Assembly (NCBI GenBank): GCA_001662655.1
Contig: KV460232.1
Reading direction: 5' to 3' (one strand)
DNA: 64,000 nt
Source: Pseudogymnoascus verrucosus
Lineage: Eukaryota
Positions 13,369 to 27,000 of this stretch are shown piece by piece. Positions within the stretch are counted from its first letter, which is position 1. Each line of letters opens with the position of its first letter. Under the pieces are notes generated by a model. That model was not told where the DNA came from. It ran no database searches and saw nothing but the letters and a program-made list of their open reading frames with translations. Position numbers and translations under genes: made by a program.

Positions 13369-14398
13369 GATGATACAGAGCGCAGCAGCGTCACAAATGG
13401 GACTGCCGGACTTTCTGATTGCGCCTTCCCAAAAGGAATGATGGGAGCTACGACAGCAATGGTTGCCCTTGAAGCACGTATCTCGCGCGCAGAGGTTGTG
13501 GCCAGGTCGATTTTGAGGCGGAAGGAAGTCGTAATGTGGATGCTTTTGCTCAGGTTCGGGCTTGGATCGCTTGACTGCCGACAATGACGTCCAGCCTAGA
13601 TATGTTGTATGTACTCGGTAGAGAAAGCTGACGGACGCGGTTGATAAAGACAACTTTTATTACTCCAAAATGCGCGTCAAATGTTCACTTTTGTCTCATA
13701 CCGTGAATCAGCTACTGCAGATTGAATTATTGTATTATAATGCCTGGAGAGAGCAAACTGGAGCATGGATTCACAGAGCTACACTGTACTATATGGAGGC
13801 CTGGCGGCGCAGTGGGTGGGGTTAACCATAAATCTCTATTGGCGTCTGGATTGATTGCTGTTGTGTTCTCAAAGCCATAATTCGCCCGCAAGATACGAAG
13901 CGTGCTCTACTGCATATCTGGCATCAAACATATCCATTTTATAAGACTTCATACTATTATTCTTTTGTGGTATATCAACATTAACTTTGGCACGGTACAT
14001 ACATGCTACTTTGATTCTCGATTACGAGCTCAATCAACTTATCCGCCACGGCTGAGTCAGCAGGACCCCAAATGGTCCCTCCATTAGCACGTGAGAACGC
14101 GAGGGCGAACGCCACTGATAGCTAAGAGTACCAAGATGACTACTACGTCGTCCTTCACTTTCTCAGTTGCTGCTTCGCCCAACCAACTTTAACAGATAAA
14201 GGCTGGCACAATATGAAATTCTTACACTGACATCCTGAACTATCGTAGCTCTACTGTATGTCATCCCCGACAGTATAATCTCTCTCTCTCTGTGGAAACT
14301 CCCCCGCTATCGGCACTTTGCCGCTTCTGGACCTGACTGAGAGTAGGCATCTAATTTGATATACCCCTTTTCTGACTGTCTCGCATGGAATCGCCGGA

Positions 14399-15935
14399 AT
14401 GTTGCGCTCATGTACGCGCCATGGCGGAAAGACATCGTGGTTGATGAGGTCGTTGGCCAGACATCAAGGTTCCCGCGAGCTTCCTGCCGGCGCTAGGTTG
14501 GCCGCAGCTACGCTCGTTTGCTCAAAACAAGGATACACACATGCAGCTCCTCCATGGAGGCCAGCATCTGTGCTGGACGAGTGAGCCTACCCAGTTACCG
14601 TACCCCTTGTGTCCCCTTCTAACCCGAGCTCAGATGGGTTGCAAAAGAGGCAAGGCCTATCAGTCTACGACAGCTCATGGTTTTCGGGAGGTCATTATCA
14701 GAAGCTCGTTTGCTAAGCTCAGCAAATTATGTTCGAACAGAATTGCCAGTCAGGTATTCTATTTTGAACTCTCTCGCAGATAGCGTCAGCTGACCGCCAC
14801 CGCAGGCTTGCCCACAGGATACGAGACATGCAGACGTTGCCATACGTCGTCGTATCAAACCACCACATCAGTGAAGTGTATGAATTATATTACCAGGCGT
14901 TCGAGAACCTTCGCCGCATTCCAGAGATAAAAACGCTCGAAGAGAATGAGCGGTTCTGCAAGACTATCAATCAGACATTGCAAGAACATCTGATTGTCAT
15001 TCCAAAGCTTGCAATGGGAATTTTAGAATGCCGAGACCTCATGAAGCCCGAGGACATGGATAAGTTCATGAACACCATACTTCGCGCAGTATTACTCCCT
15101 ACCCAATAATGTCTAGGTTCATTGCTAAAATTATTGCCAGCGAATCTCGCGGCGTGTCATAGCAGAACAACACCTGGCGTTGACTGAGACGTATAATTCG
15201 CCTTGGCACTTTCCGGATGCTGCCAAAAATACCACCGATTCGGAGTTCATTGGCGAGGTTTTTCTCAAGTGCAACGCCAAGGAAGTTGTGGAACGCTGTG
15301 GTAAAGAGGTGCAAAAACTTGCAAGGAGTGCATATGGGCCTGATGTTATATTGCCAGATATCAAGATAGCTGGGCATCAGGATGTCACGTTCCCTTATAT
15401 CTTAAGCCACCTCGAATATATTATCGGGGAGCTCCTGAGGAATTCGATTCAGGCGGTTGTTGAACACCAAGGCCAAACCCCTGGAGGGGCCAAACCCCCT
15501 CCCATTGAGGTCACAATATCTGAGGCTCCTCAGCACGTGTTCATACGAGTCTCGGACCAAGGTGGTGGCATAGTCCGAGAAATCCTCCCGTACCTGTGGT
15601 CATTCTCCAAAGGACCCCGTAGCGAGGCCCGACTAGAGAACCTCCACCACGTGCCGAAAATGGCGGCTACGCTCCAGGAGTTGAGAGACCCGGGCGATCC
15701 GTCCAGGCCAATACAGGCAAGCCATAATAACTCACTATCATCTCTGTCTAGCAGGCCACCAAATCTGCGGCTGGGAATGGGCCTGCCCCTGTCTCGGATA
15801 TATGCCGAATATTGGGCTGGGACTTTGGAGATACAATCTCTCCACGGCTATGGCGTTGACGCGCTTTTGCAGATATCGAAGCTAGGGAATAAGAACGAGC
15901 AGCTTACTACACGAGCAAGCATGGATGCTGTTTAA
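14399..15935 (+). CDS. Mitochondrial PDK/BCKDK-family protein kinase (Pkp2-like)
   Basis: RIRDMQTLPYVVVSN, GELLRNSIQA, IRVSDQGGGI, LGMGLPLSRIYAEYWAG, HGYGVD; basic N-terminal presequence; three introns. Confidence 0.9.
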
Positions 15936-16603
15936 AGGGCCTTGGCTACATAGTTTCAATTATAAATATTACAAATAAGCAAACAAAATAATAATATTTT
16001 GGCATATCAGTTGATTATTTATCCATCAACTTTAATTTAAACTAGCTAATAGTACGCAAGAAACCTTTATATATTATATTGCTCGAAAAGCAGTATAATA
16101 GTAGTAAATATTAATTTATATAACCCTAGCTATAATATTTATATTGTATTCATATAATTAAAAAATGTAGTAGGTACTCAAGCTGCTCAAAAATCCGAAG
16201 AGGAGCGGGACATAAAAGTAGCGATTACAGCAACTATAATTCAACTAAAGGCATTCAAGCGCTATCAGCTTGAATGAGGCAATGTTGCATTTGGAAGTAA
16301 TGTTCAAAATGTGTCCTCACGGCATCTCAGTGGAAAAAGCATATTGAATACATTTAATCATTAAAACACATCGAATTACATCCGTTGTTGGCTAGCTAGA
16401 GAACGCACAGGCAGAGCATCTCTCATCGGGAAGTATTACCGCCTCAAGAACAGTGACTAGCAAAAGAGAAAAAAGAAATATTACGCTGCCATTGACTCGC
16501 TTGGAACGCTCGAGACAATACCGCGCTTTTGGATATCGTTTCCCACCCACTCCCTGAACTCTCACCCCAAGTAAAAATCAACAAGTGTCGAATCAATTGT
16601 GCC

Positions 16604-17921
16604 TTAACGGCGGCCGTGGCTCCGTACGGCGCTGCCCTGCATCTGCTCAAGGTCTTGCTCGAGCGACTTGATGGCAGCATGCGTACTCTCGAGATCCTTG
16701 TTGAGACGGTCACGCTCGCTGATGAGCTTGGCCTCCCATTGACGGAAACGGTGCTCCTCAATCTTGACCTGCTCGGTGAATCTCTTCCTCAGGCTCTCCT
16801 CCTCCTCCTTGAACTTCGGGTTGTCAAGCTTTCTTGGTCTGGCCTCGCCGAACTTGCGAGTCTCCATTTGTTGAGCCCTGTAGGCCTCGTAGTGTGCCTC
16901 CTCCGTCGTGTGGATAAGATCCAGCATGTGGGTGCGGATCAAGATAGAGCGGAGCTTCTTGAAGTCGCAGTGGTCCTCATTCTCGACCTCGGCCACACCC
17001 CACGAGTATTGGCGCCCCTTAACGATGCGTCCATCACCAGTCTTAACATCTTTCTCGGAGCCGATGACAGCGAACGGCATGGCAGCCATAAGGCTCCTCG
17101 CGTGCTGAGCAGCAGGCTCATCATCCTCCTCGATAGGTGGGGTATAGATCTTAATGCCCTGGGCTTCGATAACGGCACGAATCTATCACAAATTAGAATG
17201 GGCCCCTTATATATACGTATATGAAGAATCGCATACCCTTTGCTTGAAGCGCGCCAAATCAGCAGGGCTGAGAGTATCCGCCTTGGCGACCACGGGGATC
17301 AGGTTGACTCTGGAGCTCAGTCTCTTCATCACCTCAATATCAAGCGGCTTCAGGGTGTGGCCAGTTGGGCGGATGAAGTACAGACATGCGTGCACGCGCA
17401 AGTCGATCTTGTCCACTCGGCGTGGCTGTTGCTCTTGCAACATGTAAGACTCATGCTGATCATCCAAAAACTCGATAATAGGCATCCAGGAGTCGCGGTT
17501 GTTGACATAGTCGCCGAAACCTGGGGTATCGATAACCGTTAAGCGGACTATATCAATGTCAGCTACAATTGCGATTCAGGCTCAAAATATTAATTACCCT
17601 TGAAGAACTTCTCCTCGAGCTCGGCCTTTGTGATCTCAATCTCCACGGTCTTGTCAACCTGCTTCGCGTGTCGGCGCTTGTGGTCTGCGTAGTTCTTGAT
17701 CGTTGTAGAGAAGAGGGTGTTGATGAATGTCGTCTTTCCAAGTCCTGACTCGCCAGCAACCTGCAGAAGCTTGTATTAGCAGTCGATCAAAGAGTATCGC
17801 GGCCTCATTTGTATAGTACCATAATAGTGAAGGCAGCTCCACGCTTGGCGACAATCTTGTGTCGCTGATTCGGAAGATTGGCAATGCCAATCGGCGACGC
17901 GCTCTCAACAGCTGGGGCCAT
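16604..17921 (-). CDS. CDC12: Septin Cdc12/AspC
   Basis: PIGIANLPNQRHKIVAKRG, GESGLGKTTFINTLF, AKAD motif, GRQYSWGVAEVENEDHCDF, C-terminal coiled coil. Confidence 0.94.
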
Positions 17922-18237
17922 GATGATTATTTGTTCGAGGGATCTCTAATATCAATTGCAAGTGGGAGATAATATTGGCCTCGGTGGTTGTAAGCGGGAT
18001 TTGGAGATAGGAGGAGAAGTTTAGACCCTTATGTTCAGGGGATGAAGCGGTAGATTTCTAGGCGCGGCTGCCCCTTTCGCAAGTTGCTGGGGTTATGTGG
18101 GTCTAGTACGGAAACGGGTAGTGTTGTCGGGCCGGATTATCAGGTTTTCCGACTTATCGGAAAAAGTTGAACATTTGACGATAGGTCCACCGCAGATAGT
18201 AAATATCAGATCTGCGCATAACGATGCAGAGGTGACA

Positions 18238-21017
18238 ATGAAGACGGAGTTCAAGGTAAGCACTGATCCATATGTGAGACTGATATAAATACTGACATTT
18301 CAGTTCTCAAATCTCCTCGGGACTGTTTACAGCCAGGGAAATTTACTATTTAGTCCGGATGGAACTTGCCTGCTCTCACCTGTAGGAAATCGAGTTACAG
18401 TCTTCGACCTTGTGAAGTATGCTGCCTTTCCTGTCGTTCAAGGCGTCTACTAACATTTTACAGCAATAAATCTCATACACTTCCCTTCGCCCACCGAAAA
18501 AATATCTCTCGCCTCGGATTGAACCCGCGGGGTAATCTCCTCCTCTCCGTTGACGAAGATGGCCATGCGATCCTAACAAACCTGCCTCGACGAATTGCTC
18601 TCCACCACTTCTCTTTTAAATCACCCGTGTCCGCGCTCGAATTCGCACCTTCAGGGAGGCATTTTGCTGTTGGAGTAGGGCGACACATCGAAGTATGGCA
18701 CACACCCTCGACACCTGATTCGAACAGTAGCGGCGAGTTAGAATTTGCACCATTTGTGCGCCACAGAGTTTACACAGGTCACTATGATACCGTTCAGAAT
18801 ATAAAATGGTCTAGCGACTCTCGGTTCTTCCTGAGTTCAGCAAAAGACCTTACGGCGCGGATATGGAGTTTAGACCCAGAGGTTGGTTTCCAGCCCACCA
18901 CCTTGGCGGGACATAGGGAAACTGTCTGCGGCGCATGGTTTTCAAAGGACCAGGAAATTATATACACAATCAGCAAAGATGGAGCGGTGTTCCAATGGGA
19001 ATATATGCGAAATCCAAATGCGCCAGAGTCTGAGGCGGTTGACGAAGACGGGAATGAAATCATTGATGCCAACTCAATGCAGTGGCGCATTGCGCAAAGA
19101 CATTATTTCATGCAAAACAATGCAAAGGTCAACTGCGTCGAGTATCACCCGGAATCGAATCTCCTCGTGGCGGGTTTCTCGAACGGTGTCTTTGGTCTTT
19201 ACGAAATGCCCGATTTCAACATGATTCACACCCTCAGCATTTCTCAGAACGATATCGATTTTGTTACGATTAATAAGACTGGCGAGTGGTTGGCTTTTGG
19301 AGCATCAAAGCTTGGGCAATTACTTGTGTGGGAGTGGCAATCGGAGTCATATATTCTCAAGCAGCAGGGTCATTTCGATTCTATGAATGACCTAGTTTAC
19401 TCACCAGATGGGCAAAAAGTCATTACTACAGCAGACGATGGCAAGATCAAGGTGTGGGATGTTAATACCGGCTTCTGTATCGTGACTTTCACGGAACACA
19501 CAAGTGGAGTCACAGCGTGCGAGTTTTCAAAACGAGGCAATGTCCTCTTCACATCAAGCCTTGACGGCTCTATACGAGCCTGGGATTTGATTAGATACCG
19601 CAATTTCCGAACATTCACAGCACCGACCCGACTTTCCTTCTCCTGTCTGGCTGTCGACCCCAGCGGTGAAGTTGTCTGTGCCGGCTCTATGGACTCATTT
19701 GATATCCATATCTGGTCGGTCCAGACCGGCCAACTGCTCGACCAGCTCTCCGGACACGAAGGCCCCGTATCATCCCTGGCCTTTGCTCCCAACGGCGGCG
19801 TCGTAGTCAGCGGAAGTTGGGATCACACGGTGCGTATCTGGTCTGTCTTCAACCGGACTCAAACGAGCGAGCCTCTTCAACTACAAGCCGATGTCTTAGA
19901 TGTCGCATTTAGGCCCGATTCGCTACAGTTGGCCGTTTCCACACTCGATGGGCAACTTACGTTCTGGTCGGTCTCCGAGGCTGAACAGCAAGCAGGCGTT
20001 GATGGGCGCAGAGATGTTTCAGGAGGTCGCAAGATCACCGATCGCCGCACCGCAGCTAACGCGGCAGGCAACAAAAGCTTCAATACCATCAAGTATAGCG
20101 CGGACGGCTCGTGTGTCCTGGCAGGAGGAAACAGCAAGTATATCTGCTTATACTCCGTATCATCTCTGGTTCTCCTCAAGCGCTTCACTGTCAGCGTCAA
20201 CCTGTCCTTGTCAGGAACCCAAGAATTCCTCAACAGCAAGCTGATGACCGAAGCTGGGCCACTTGGCCTAATCGACGACCAAGGCGAGGCATCAGACTTG
20301 GAAGACCGCATCGACCGCAGCATGCCCGGTTCAACACGCGGAGGCGACACCGCCTCGCGCAAGAAGAACCCCGAAGTCCGCGTCACAGGTGTAGCCTTCT
20401 CACCAACAGGCCGCTCATTCTGCGCCGCCTCCACCGAGGGGCTGCTCATCTACAGTCTCGACACCACGCCGCTTTTCGACCCCTTTGATCTCGACATCAG
20501 CGTTACCCCCGCCTCGACTCTCCATGTCCTGAACAAGGAGAAGGACTACCTCAAGGCCCTCGTCATGGCATTCCGCCTGAACGAAGCGCCGCTCATTCGC
20601 CAGGTCTACCAGGGAATCCCGCACTCCAACATCGCCTTAACGGTTGCGGAGTTGCCAGCTGTGTATATCCCCCGTCTGATCCGCTTCGTGGCTCTCCAGA
20701 CCGAGGAATCGCCGCATCTCGAATTCTGTCTGCTCTGGATCAAGGCGATTCTCGATTGCCACGGACAGTGGGTGAGTGATAACCGTGGGTCTGTGGAGGC
20801 GGAGATGAGGACAGTGAGTCGTGCCGTGGGAAGGATAAGGGATGAGTTGAGGAAGCTGGCGGATGAGAATGTGTATGCGTTGGATTATTTACTGAGCCAG
20901 CCGGTTGTGAGCTCGGGTGGGGATAAAGGCGCTTTGGAAGGGCAGAAGGTCATTGGGGATGGGGATGAGGATATGGAAGAGGATGACGATGATGCGGAGT
21001 GGATTGGTCTAGATTAA
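18238..21017 (+). CDS. PWP2: Periodic tryptophan protein 2 (UTP1), WD40 SSU processome component
   Basis: MKTEFK|FSNLLGTVY start across an intron; GQLLVWEWQSESYILKQQGH; WDLIRYRNFRTF. Confidence 0.96.
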
Positions 21018-24000
21018 TTTTTAGAAACGGATATGTTATTTTATGGGTTTAAACGTGTATTTTTTGCACACCACTTATTCATCTGTAATCGGCCTGAGAT
21101 ATGTGTAGTTGTTCTCCTGAGACTATATTCCATAAACCTAAAGCTGGGGCATGGCTTTCTACCCAAGATCTGAAGCCCCTCCAGACGTGTTACGAGAATG
21201 AAACCTCCCTAGCCAGCATCAAATAGATCTGCTCATCGATAGGCCACACAGAGTCTGCAAACACCTGCAGCTTCGCCCGCATGGTTGTCGCAAATCCAGT
21301 ATTCAACGCCCCCAACCGGAGAACATCCTAACTTTGATAGTAACCCCGACAATCTGCTCACCGACATTCCCAAATGAAAGCAAACAAACTTACGATCACT
21401 CACAACCCAACATTGAACACAAATACCGCCTCCAGAATGAAAGACGCACACAACACAGCAATCCAACAAAAACCAACATCAAATTCCCCGGACCCCTATC
21501 CAAAAGGAGATATTCAACCGGGCCGCCACCCCTTTCGTGGGGAATTTGTGGCACCTCCAACAAGCTACATCACGGTACCAGCAGCACCCCAAAAGAGACA
21601 TCGACCTCGAAAAGAAGACACTTCGGCGAGAACCGAAAGAGGAAAAAAAGCCAACTTACCAAGATTTGAGAGAGGTTGAAATCGCAGCACCGACACCGCC
21701 GCGACAACAGTGCCTGCCTACCACCCCCCTCAAGGCTGCAGACTCACCTACGCACCCAGGAGAAGAGGCGCTGAAGGATCCCCTGGGCGGTGTAACACAG
21801 AATCCCCCCCCTCGCGGCGTACGCACGAATCGGCAAAAAGAGCCAGTCCAGGCGCAACCAACACGGACGAACCTACTCTAAGTAGAGTGCGCCGTGCGAC
21901 CAACTCACCTCGTGCGGACTGCTTAAAAATAGTCCTACAGACAACCCACAACCTATATTGCACCGCTTGGCAGCTCATCGTTCTATGGGGCGAGGAATGT
22001 TCCATGGACCGGCGGGGGGGGGGATGTTTGTGTGGTGTGTGGTTGTGACGCCGGGGGATGGCGCATCGGCGCGCGTCAGTTTGGGGGCCGCGCCCGCTTA
22101 AATTGATTGAGGCGGATGGGGAGGGGGCGGGGGTGGTGCCTCCATGTCTCCGTTCAAAGAGGGCCGTTTGCCGGGCAGAAGGAGGGGGTTATGGCAACAT
22201 ACTGATGATTTGCGGCGGCTTGATGGAGTCTCTGGATTTGATCAGCGAGCTGTATGGTGGGAAGGGAGGATTCGCGAGGGGCGGGAGAGGCGGCGCAGTA
22301 ACGGTGCTTCTGGGGGCCGATCAGAGCGACGGAGGAGCAGCGGTGGGAGATGGGGGATCCTCTTTTGGGACATCGTCACACCGTTGGTTGCTCCGGAGGC
22401 ATTTCATCCTAGCAAGCGGAGACAGAGAAACATGTATGTCGTCCATAAAAGTTACACCGCACCGTGAGGCTGATGGGTGGCCCACGACTCATGTGAAAGG
22501 GACTGGCTGGGCCCTTCCGGCACCTTGTTGGCTGGTGCGCAGCGGAGCTTCTCCAGGCGCACCGGTATTTCGTCCCTTCAAGCCGATACGGCACGTGCGT
22601 TTCAACTATCTATCCACCCACCGGAATGTGCGTGCGCTCTGCCCTCTTTCGAGTTATCCGTCTTATATAATTTATGCCTGTGCTGAACAGTGAGACGAAC
22701 ACACTAACATGCCTTCTGGCTCTCCTTACCTCATCGCCCTTGCTCGGGCCCGACATGTGTGTGGTGCTTCTTCTAATATGCTTTGGTGCAGGTACTGTGG
22801 GGAGGCGCAAGAGATATTGGACAAGGAATTATAGCACCAACGCCTGTTGTGCCTATCAAAACTACCTATCTAGGAGATATGAAGTCTGTGCTCCTGTACC
22901 CTCTCGACCAGGGCACTCGCTCCATTCCAGTAAGGCGCCATCGTCTAGCGGGGCGAGCCTCTCGTAATGCTCACATCTCTCTTCTGGGCATCTACAATAT
23001 GCGTATCTTCGCAAGCATATATCGCTCAAGTCATGAATGAAGGGGGAGTAAGTAAGTCGCCAAGTCTCACGAAGAACGGGCCGTAAACGAACGGAGAAAT
23101 GGAGGAAAGGGCCGATATGCGTCGCTTGCTCGCTGACAACGGCTGGAACAGGGGGGGTGCTTTGGACTCAACTCAGGCGCGCGCCAGCGATGGCAAGCTG
23201 TGGCGGTCGGTGGCTGCTGATGCTAGACAGGGCAGCTAGGCTTCGAGGTCGAGCTTGACTGGGTGCGAGGCGTCTATCAGGGGGTGTGATACCGGCGCGG
23301 GTGAATGGAAGACAGCAGCACTGGCTACGCCACCGCTTAGGGTTGCTCTTTTGGACCTCCTCTCCCTGGGAGCTTTGTTGGCTGTGCTGTGCTTGGTATC
23401 ATCATCAGTCTGTACTCGCGAGTACTTGCAGCGAGAGCAAGGGATGCACGGCACGGGTGATACGGAAGTCGAGATTGTCGTCGCCGTGACATCGCCGAGG
23501 GGCGCGTTGTGGGTCGTGGCACGCAGCTTCGAAGGATTCACGATCCATGGCGGTGGGAATCTTGGCTGTTAGGATAAGTGCACTATCGCATGTAGATCCG
23601 TAAAGAACTGCCTTTTGGGCGTGATGGAAATCCGGGTTGCAGATGCTGTATGGGCGCGTTAGCCCTTCGGCGATACATCAGTCGACTAGCCCAAGTGACC
23701 TCCAGCTTGGGACCATGTACGCGCTACTACGTTTCCTCCATGCTCCAAGTCTCGTGCCAAGTAACTGTACTCGAGTATATCGCTCAGAGATGATGCGGTT
23801 ATGTTGACTTTGTGTCTGCTGCTCTCCACAAGTTTGTGGACTTCCATGACGACGCCGCCGCCGGACCCCCTACGCCTCGTCTGAATATCCCTTCCCTCCG
23901 AATGTTGGAACATTCCACTTCTCATCCTTTACCCGACCAATCCAGAGCAGCGAGAGCTCTCCCTGGAATCGCTTCAACCAGGATGCGTCCCCAAACCCGC

Positions 24001-27000
24001 GAAGCTTGTAGCGAACAAACGCCCCCGATCCCCAACGGAATATAGAATGCCGGCTCCTGTTGATTTCTCCACGACTGGCATGGAGCACTAACACACACCT
24101 AGCAATCATCCAAAGAAGCCACCTGCAGCTACCAGGGTGACACGACACATTGGCAGCAAACAGCAGTGCGTGCACCTCATTCCACCCTTTGGACCCAAGG
24201 GCACCTCCCCAGGCGTTGCCCTGGCCATCTTCGTATTCGACACAAGGTGTGACAGACGCACCCCTGCGGACGAATCGCAACGCTTCCTCGCCGAAGCCAG
24301 CGTGGTCGGCATCAGACCATGATGCTTGTTTCCCGCGAGGTCGCGACTGGCGCTATCCTCCGCTCCCCCAATCTTCCATTCAGAGAAGGTGAATAGAGTC
24401 TGGGGGCCAAACGGGGTAGCGAGAGAGGAGCCAGCTGATTCCACGTCCCGCTGTCTGATGCCACCATCGTCCCTGCGTCGCAATGCGACGTGGAGTCCTC
24501 TCATCCTATCTTCGGCATATTAGTGAGTGGACAGAAAAGGTCTCGGCACATGGTCGCTTGGGCGGGATACGACGACCTGAAGCGACGTGAAGCCCAAGCC
24601 ACGCGAACGACTCCCCTTCCTCCTTCGAGCATGCAGCTCGCTCGTACCGTCCCATCATCGCCCCCCGTCCCAATTCCGCCGCGTCATGGTGAGCAAGGGG
24701 GTCATTCAATAGTGCCATTCCAGAAGAGGGCGAGCGTTGGTGCCAAGCGCAGCAGGATTCCCCACCCAGGACAATCTAACGGCGCCAACAAGGACCCCCA
24801 TCGTGCCGGGGTGCCCCCACCGGGCTCCCTGGCCCTGGTCCGGTCTGCCATTCCTTCGAGAAAAAGAAGAGCCGAGATTAAGCTGGTGATATACCGGTGT
24901 TATGCATCTCGAGCGCTTTGTGTGTGACGCAAGCACAAATACCCCGGGCCGGCATGCCTGCCACATGGACGCCCCGTTATCTGAGCGGCTTATTGACAGG
25001 AGAGGTGCGTGGAGAAGGGGTGAGTGAGATCTTAGTTAGTTAGTTAACCTGGCTTGGGAGTGGTTGGACTTGGACCTGGTGAGGGCCGGGAGGGAAGGGG
25101 ACCATGGACCTTAGACGTTTGTGGTCCCTTTGCGATAATGAACCCTTACGCCGCAATGCGGTACTACGACGCTACAGGGATAAGTTATCTCATTTTGTCT
25201 CGGGAAACCTTCGCCGTTCTCTGAATATGTCCGGCCGATTCTCCGGCAGGCGCAGCAGCTGCCAACAACAGTACAGAATGTAACTACGCCGTACCTGCCG
25301 TAACGGTACCTACCCCATCCACCTCCTACCACAGTACGAACAAGTATGGTACGATTACCATCTCATATTCTCCATAATGATCACATCGCACAGCAGAGTA
25401 GCACCGTCGTTAGCCACGACGAAACCCCTCGCACAACCACAGCAAGGGGTTCGGCCACACAAAATAGTCCCGGTATGGTACTCACTCTACTCTAGTTTCC
25501 TCGACCCGACCGACCTACCTCTAGTCCTCCCTCGTATCAAGCTGATCACCACATGAACGACACATGGCTTACCCCTTGCATCCCGCCCAACGGCACATCC
25601 CCCCATCCCGCCTTCCCTACTCGTCGCATCGGACAGGAAGAGGAAGGAGAGGCGGGCGGCGTGCACGTAATCAGGACCAAGAATCCCCCCCTCGCACATC
25701 CCGAAACTCCTAACCCTCTCCCATGGTCGCGTAGAAGCAAAATCAGTTCTCGTTTACATACCAATACCATCAACAACGTCGTTTAAAGGTACATGCCCAC
25801 CTCCCTCGAAGCGGCACTTCCTACCTCCCCCACCCCTGCGCAGCTCACTAGACACCTCCCCAAGCTCCCCTAGCTCCCCCCCATCCGCCGCCCTCCCCAT
25901 CTTGGCACGCCCATCACCTCCCTCAGCACATCCTCCAATCCCATCCCACCACCCTCTACACACCCACGCACCTCCCCAGCCTCGCCACGTGGGATCCTAC
26001 CTCAGCGCTTGCGGGATCGCCGAAGAAAAATGGAATGCTGTGGCTGCATCTTCCGTCTGTGGGAGAAGGAAGCAAGTTCGCGGCGTGCGGTGGTGCGTGC
26101 GACGAGTCATCTCACTCACTCACTCTTGGGTAAAGTCATACAGTACGTGCATGATGCGGGCTGCTCGGGTGCTGGGACGAGGGAAGGCACGTGGTGAGGT
26201 GGTATTGTGTAGTAGCTTAGCAGCTTCCATTTAGGCGGTGGTGGGCGTGGTCGGGTTCCGTGGTATGGGAGGGGCAGGGGTGAGGGGGGGAGAGGGTGAT
26301 GCGCGAGAGTCCGGCAGAGGGATGGCAGTTTGAGGTACTGTAAGGTGGGATGGGGAGGAGAGGTTACCAGAGAAGAGGGAGGGGAGAGCGCATTGGGAGT
26401 GCCTCACTGGACTTGATGAGAATGCTGTGTAGGTGTACTGTAGGTGAAGGTGTATGTCAACGTGGTGTCTATGTATGGAACCTACTACATGACATCCTCC
26501 CATCCGCTTCCTCTCAAGGAACCGAACGGATCTCGCAATTGCGTGTTACTGGCTGCAAGGGAGGAATTTAGAACGACCAACGACCAACGACCCCTTAGTA
26601 GACACCTTTTCTTTTTGCCTCCCTCCAGGGCTACTAGACATGGGATGGTAGTGAAGCTGTAAACAGCTATGCTAAGCGGGCTTATTGCACTGACCTTTCG
26701 TCTTGTAAGCGATGATAAAGTACATACATACAGTACGAGTACGGCAGAGCAGATACCGCGGCACAGGTGTCGTCCCTCACCCTCACTACCGGCATCGCCT
26801 CCAAAACTCCCCGCGTATCCAGTCCGTGAGATAGAGATAGGGATAGTACAGTATCGACATTCGTCCGAGCGCCCTTCCCGCCGCCCTCTCTCCTGTGCTC
26901 TGGCTGGTCCCATTCTAACATTCCAAGGGTCGTCGAGATGGGGATGGCGAAAAGGAAACGCCACGGCAAAATGCAACGTTAGTAGCTACATACCACCTAG

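Noticed and set aside
16529..17224. Long antisense ORFs (also 43432-44193, 38719-39576, 55718-56416)
   Set aside because: Shadow frames opposite codon-biased real genes.
21198..21881. Overlapping plus-strand ORFs, including one frame with three in-frame TGA codons (a tempting readthrough target for the UCA tRNA)
   Set aside because: The same frame also has two TAG stops; stop density is what chance gives; the ORFs arise from a T-poor C/A-rich strand; no recognisable protein.
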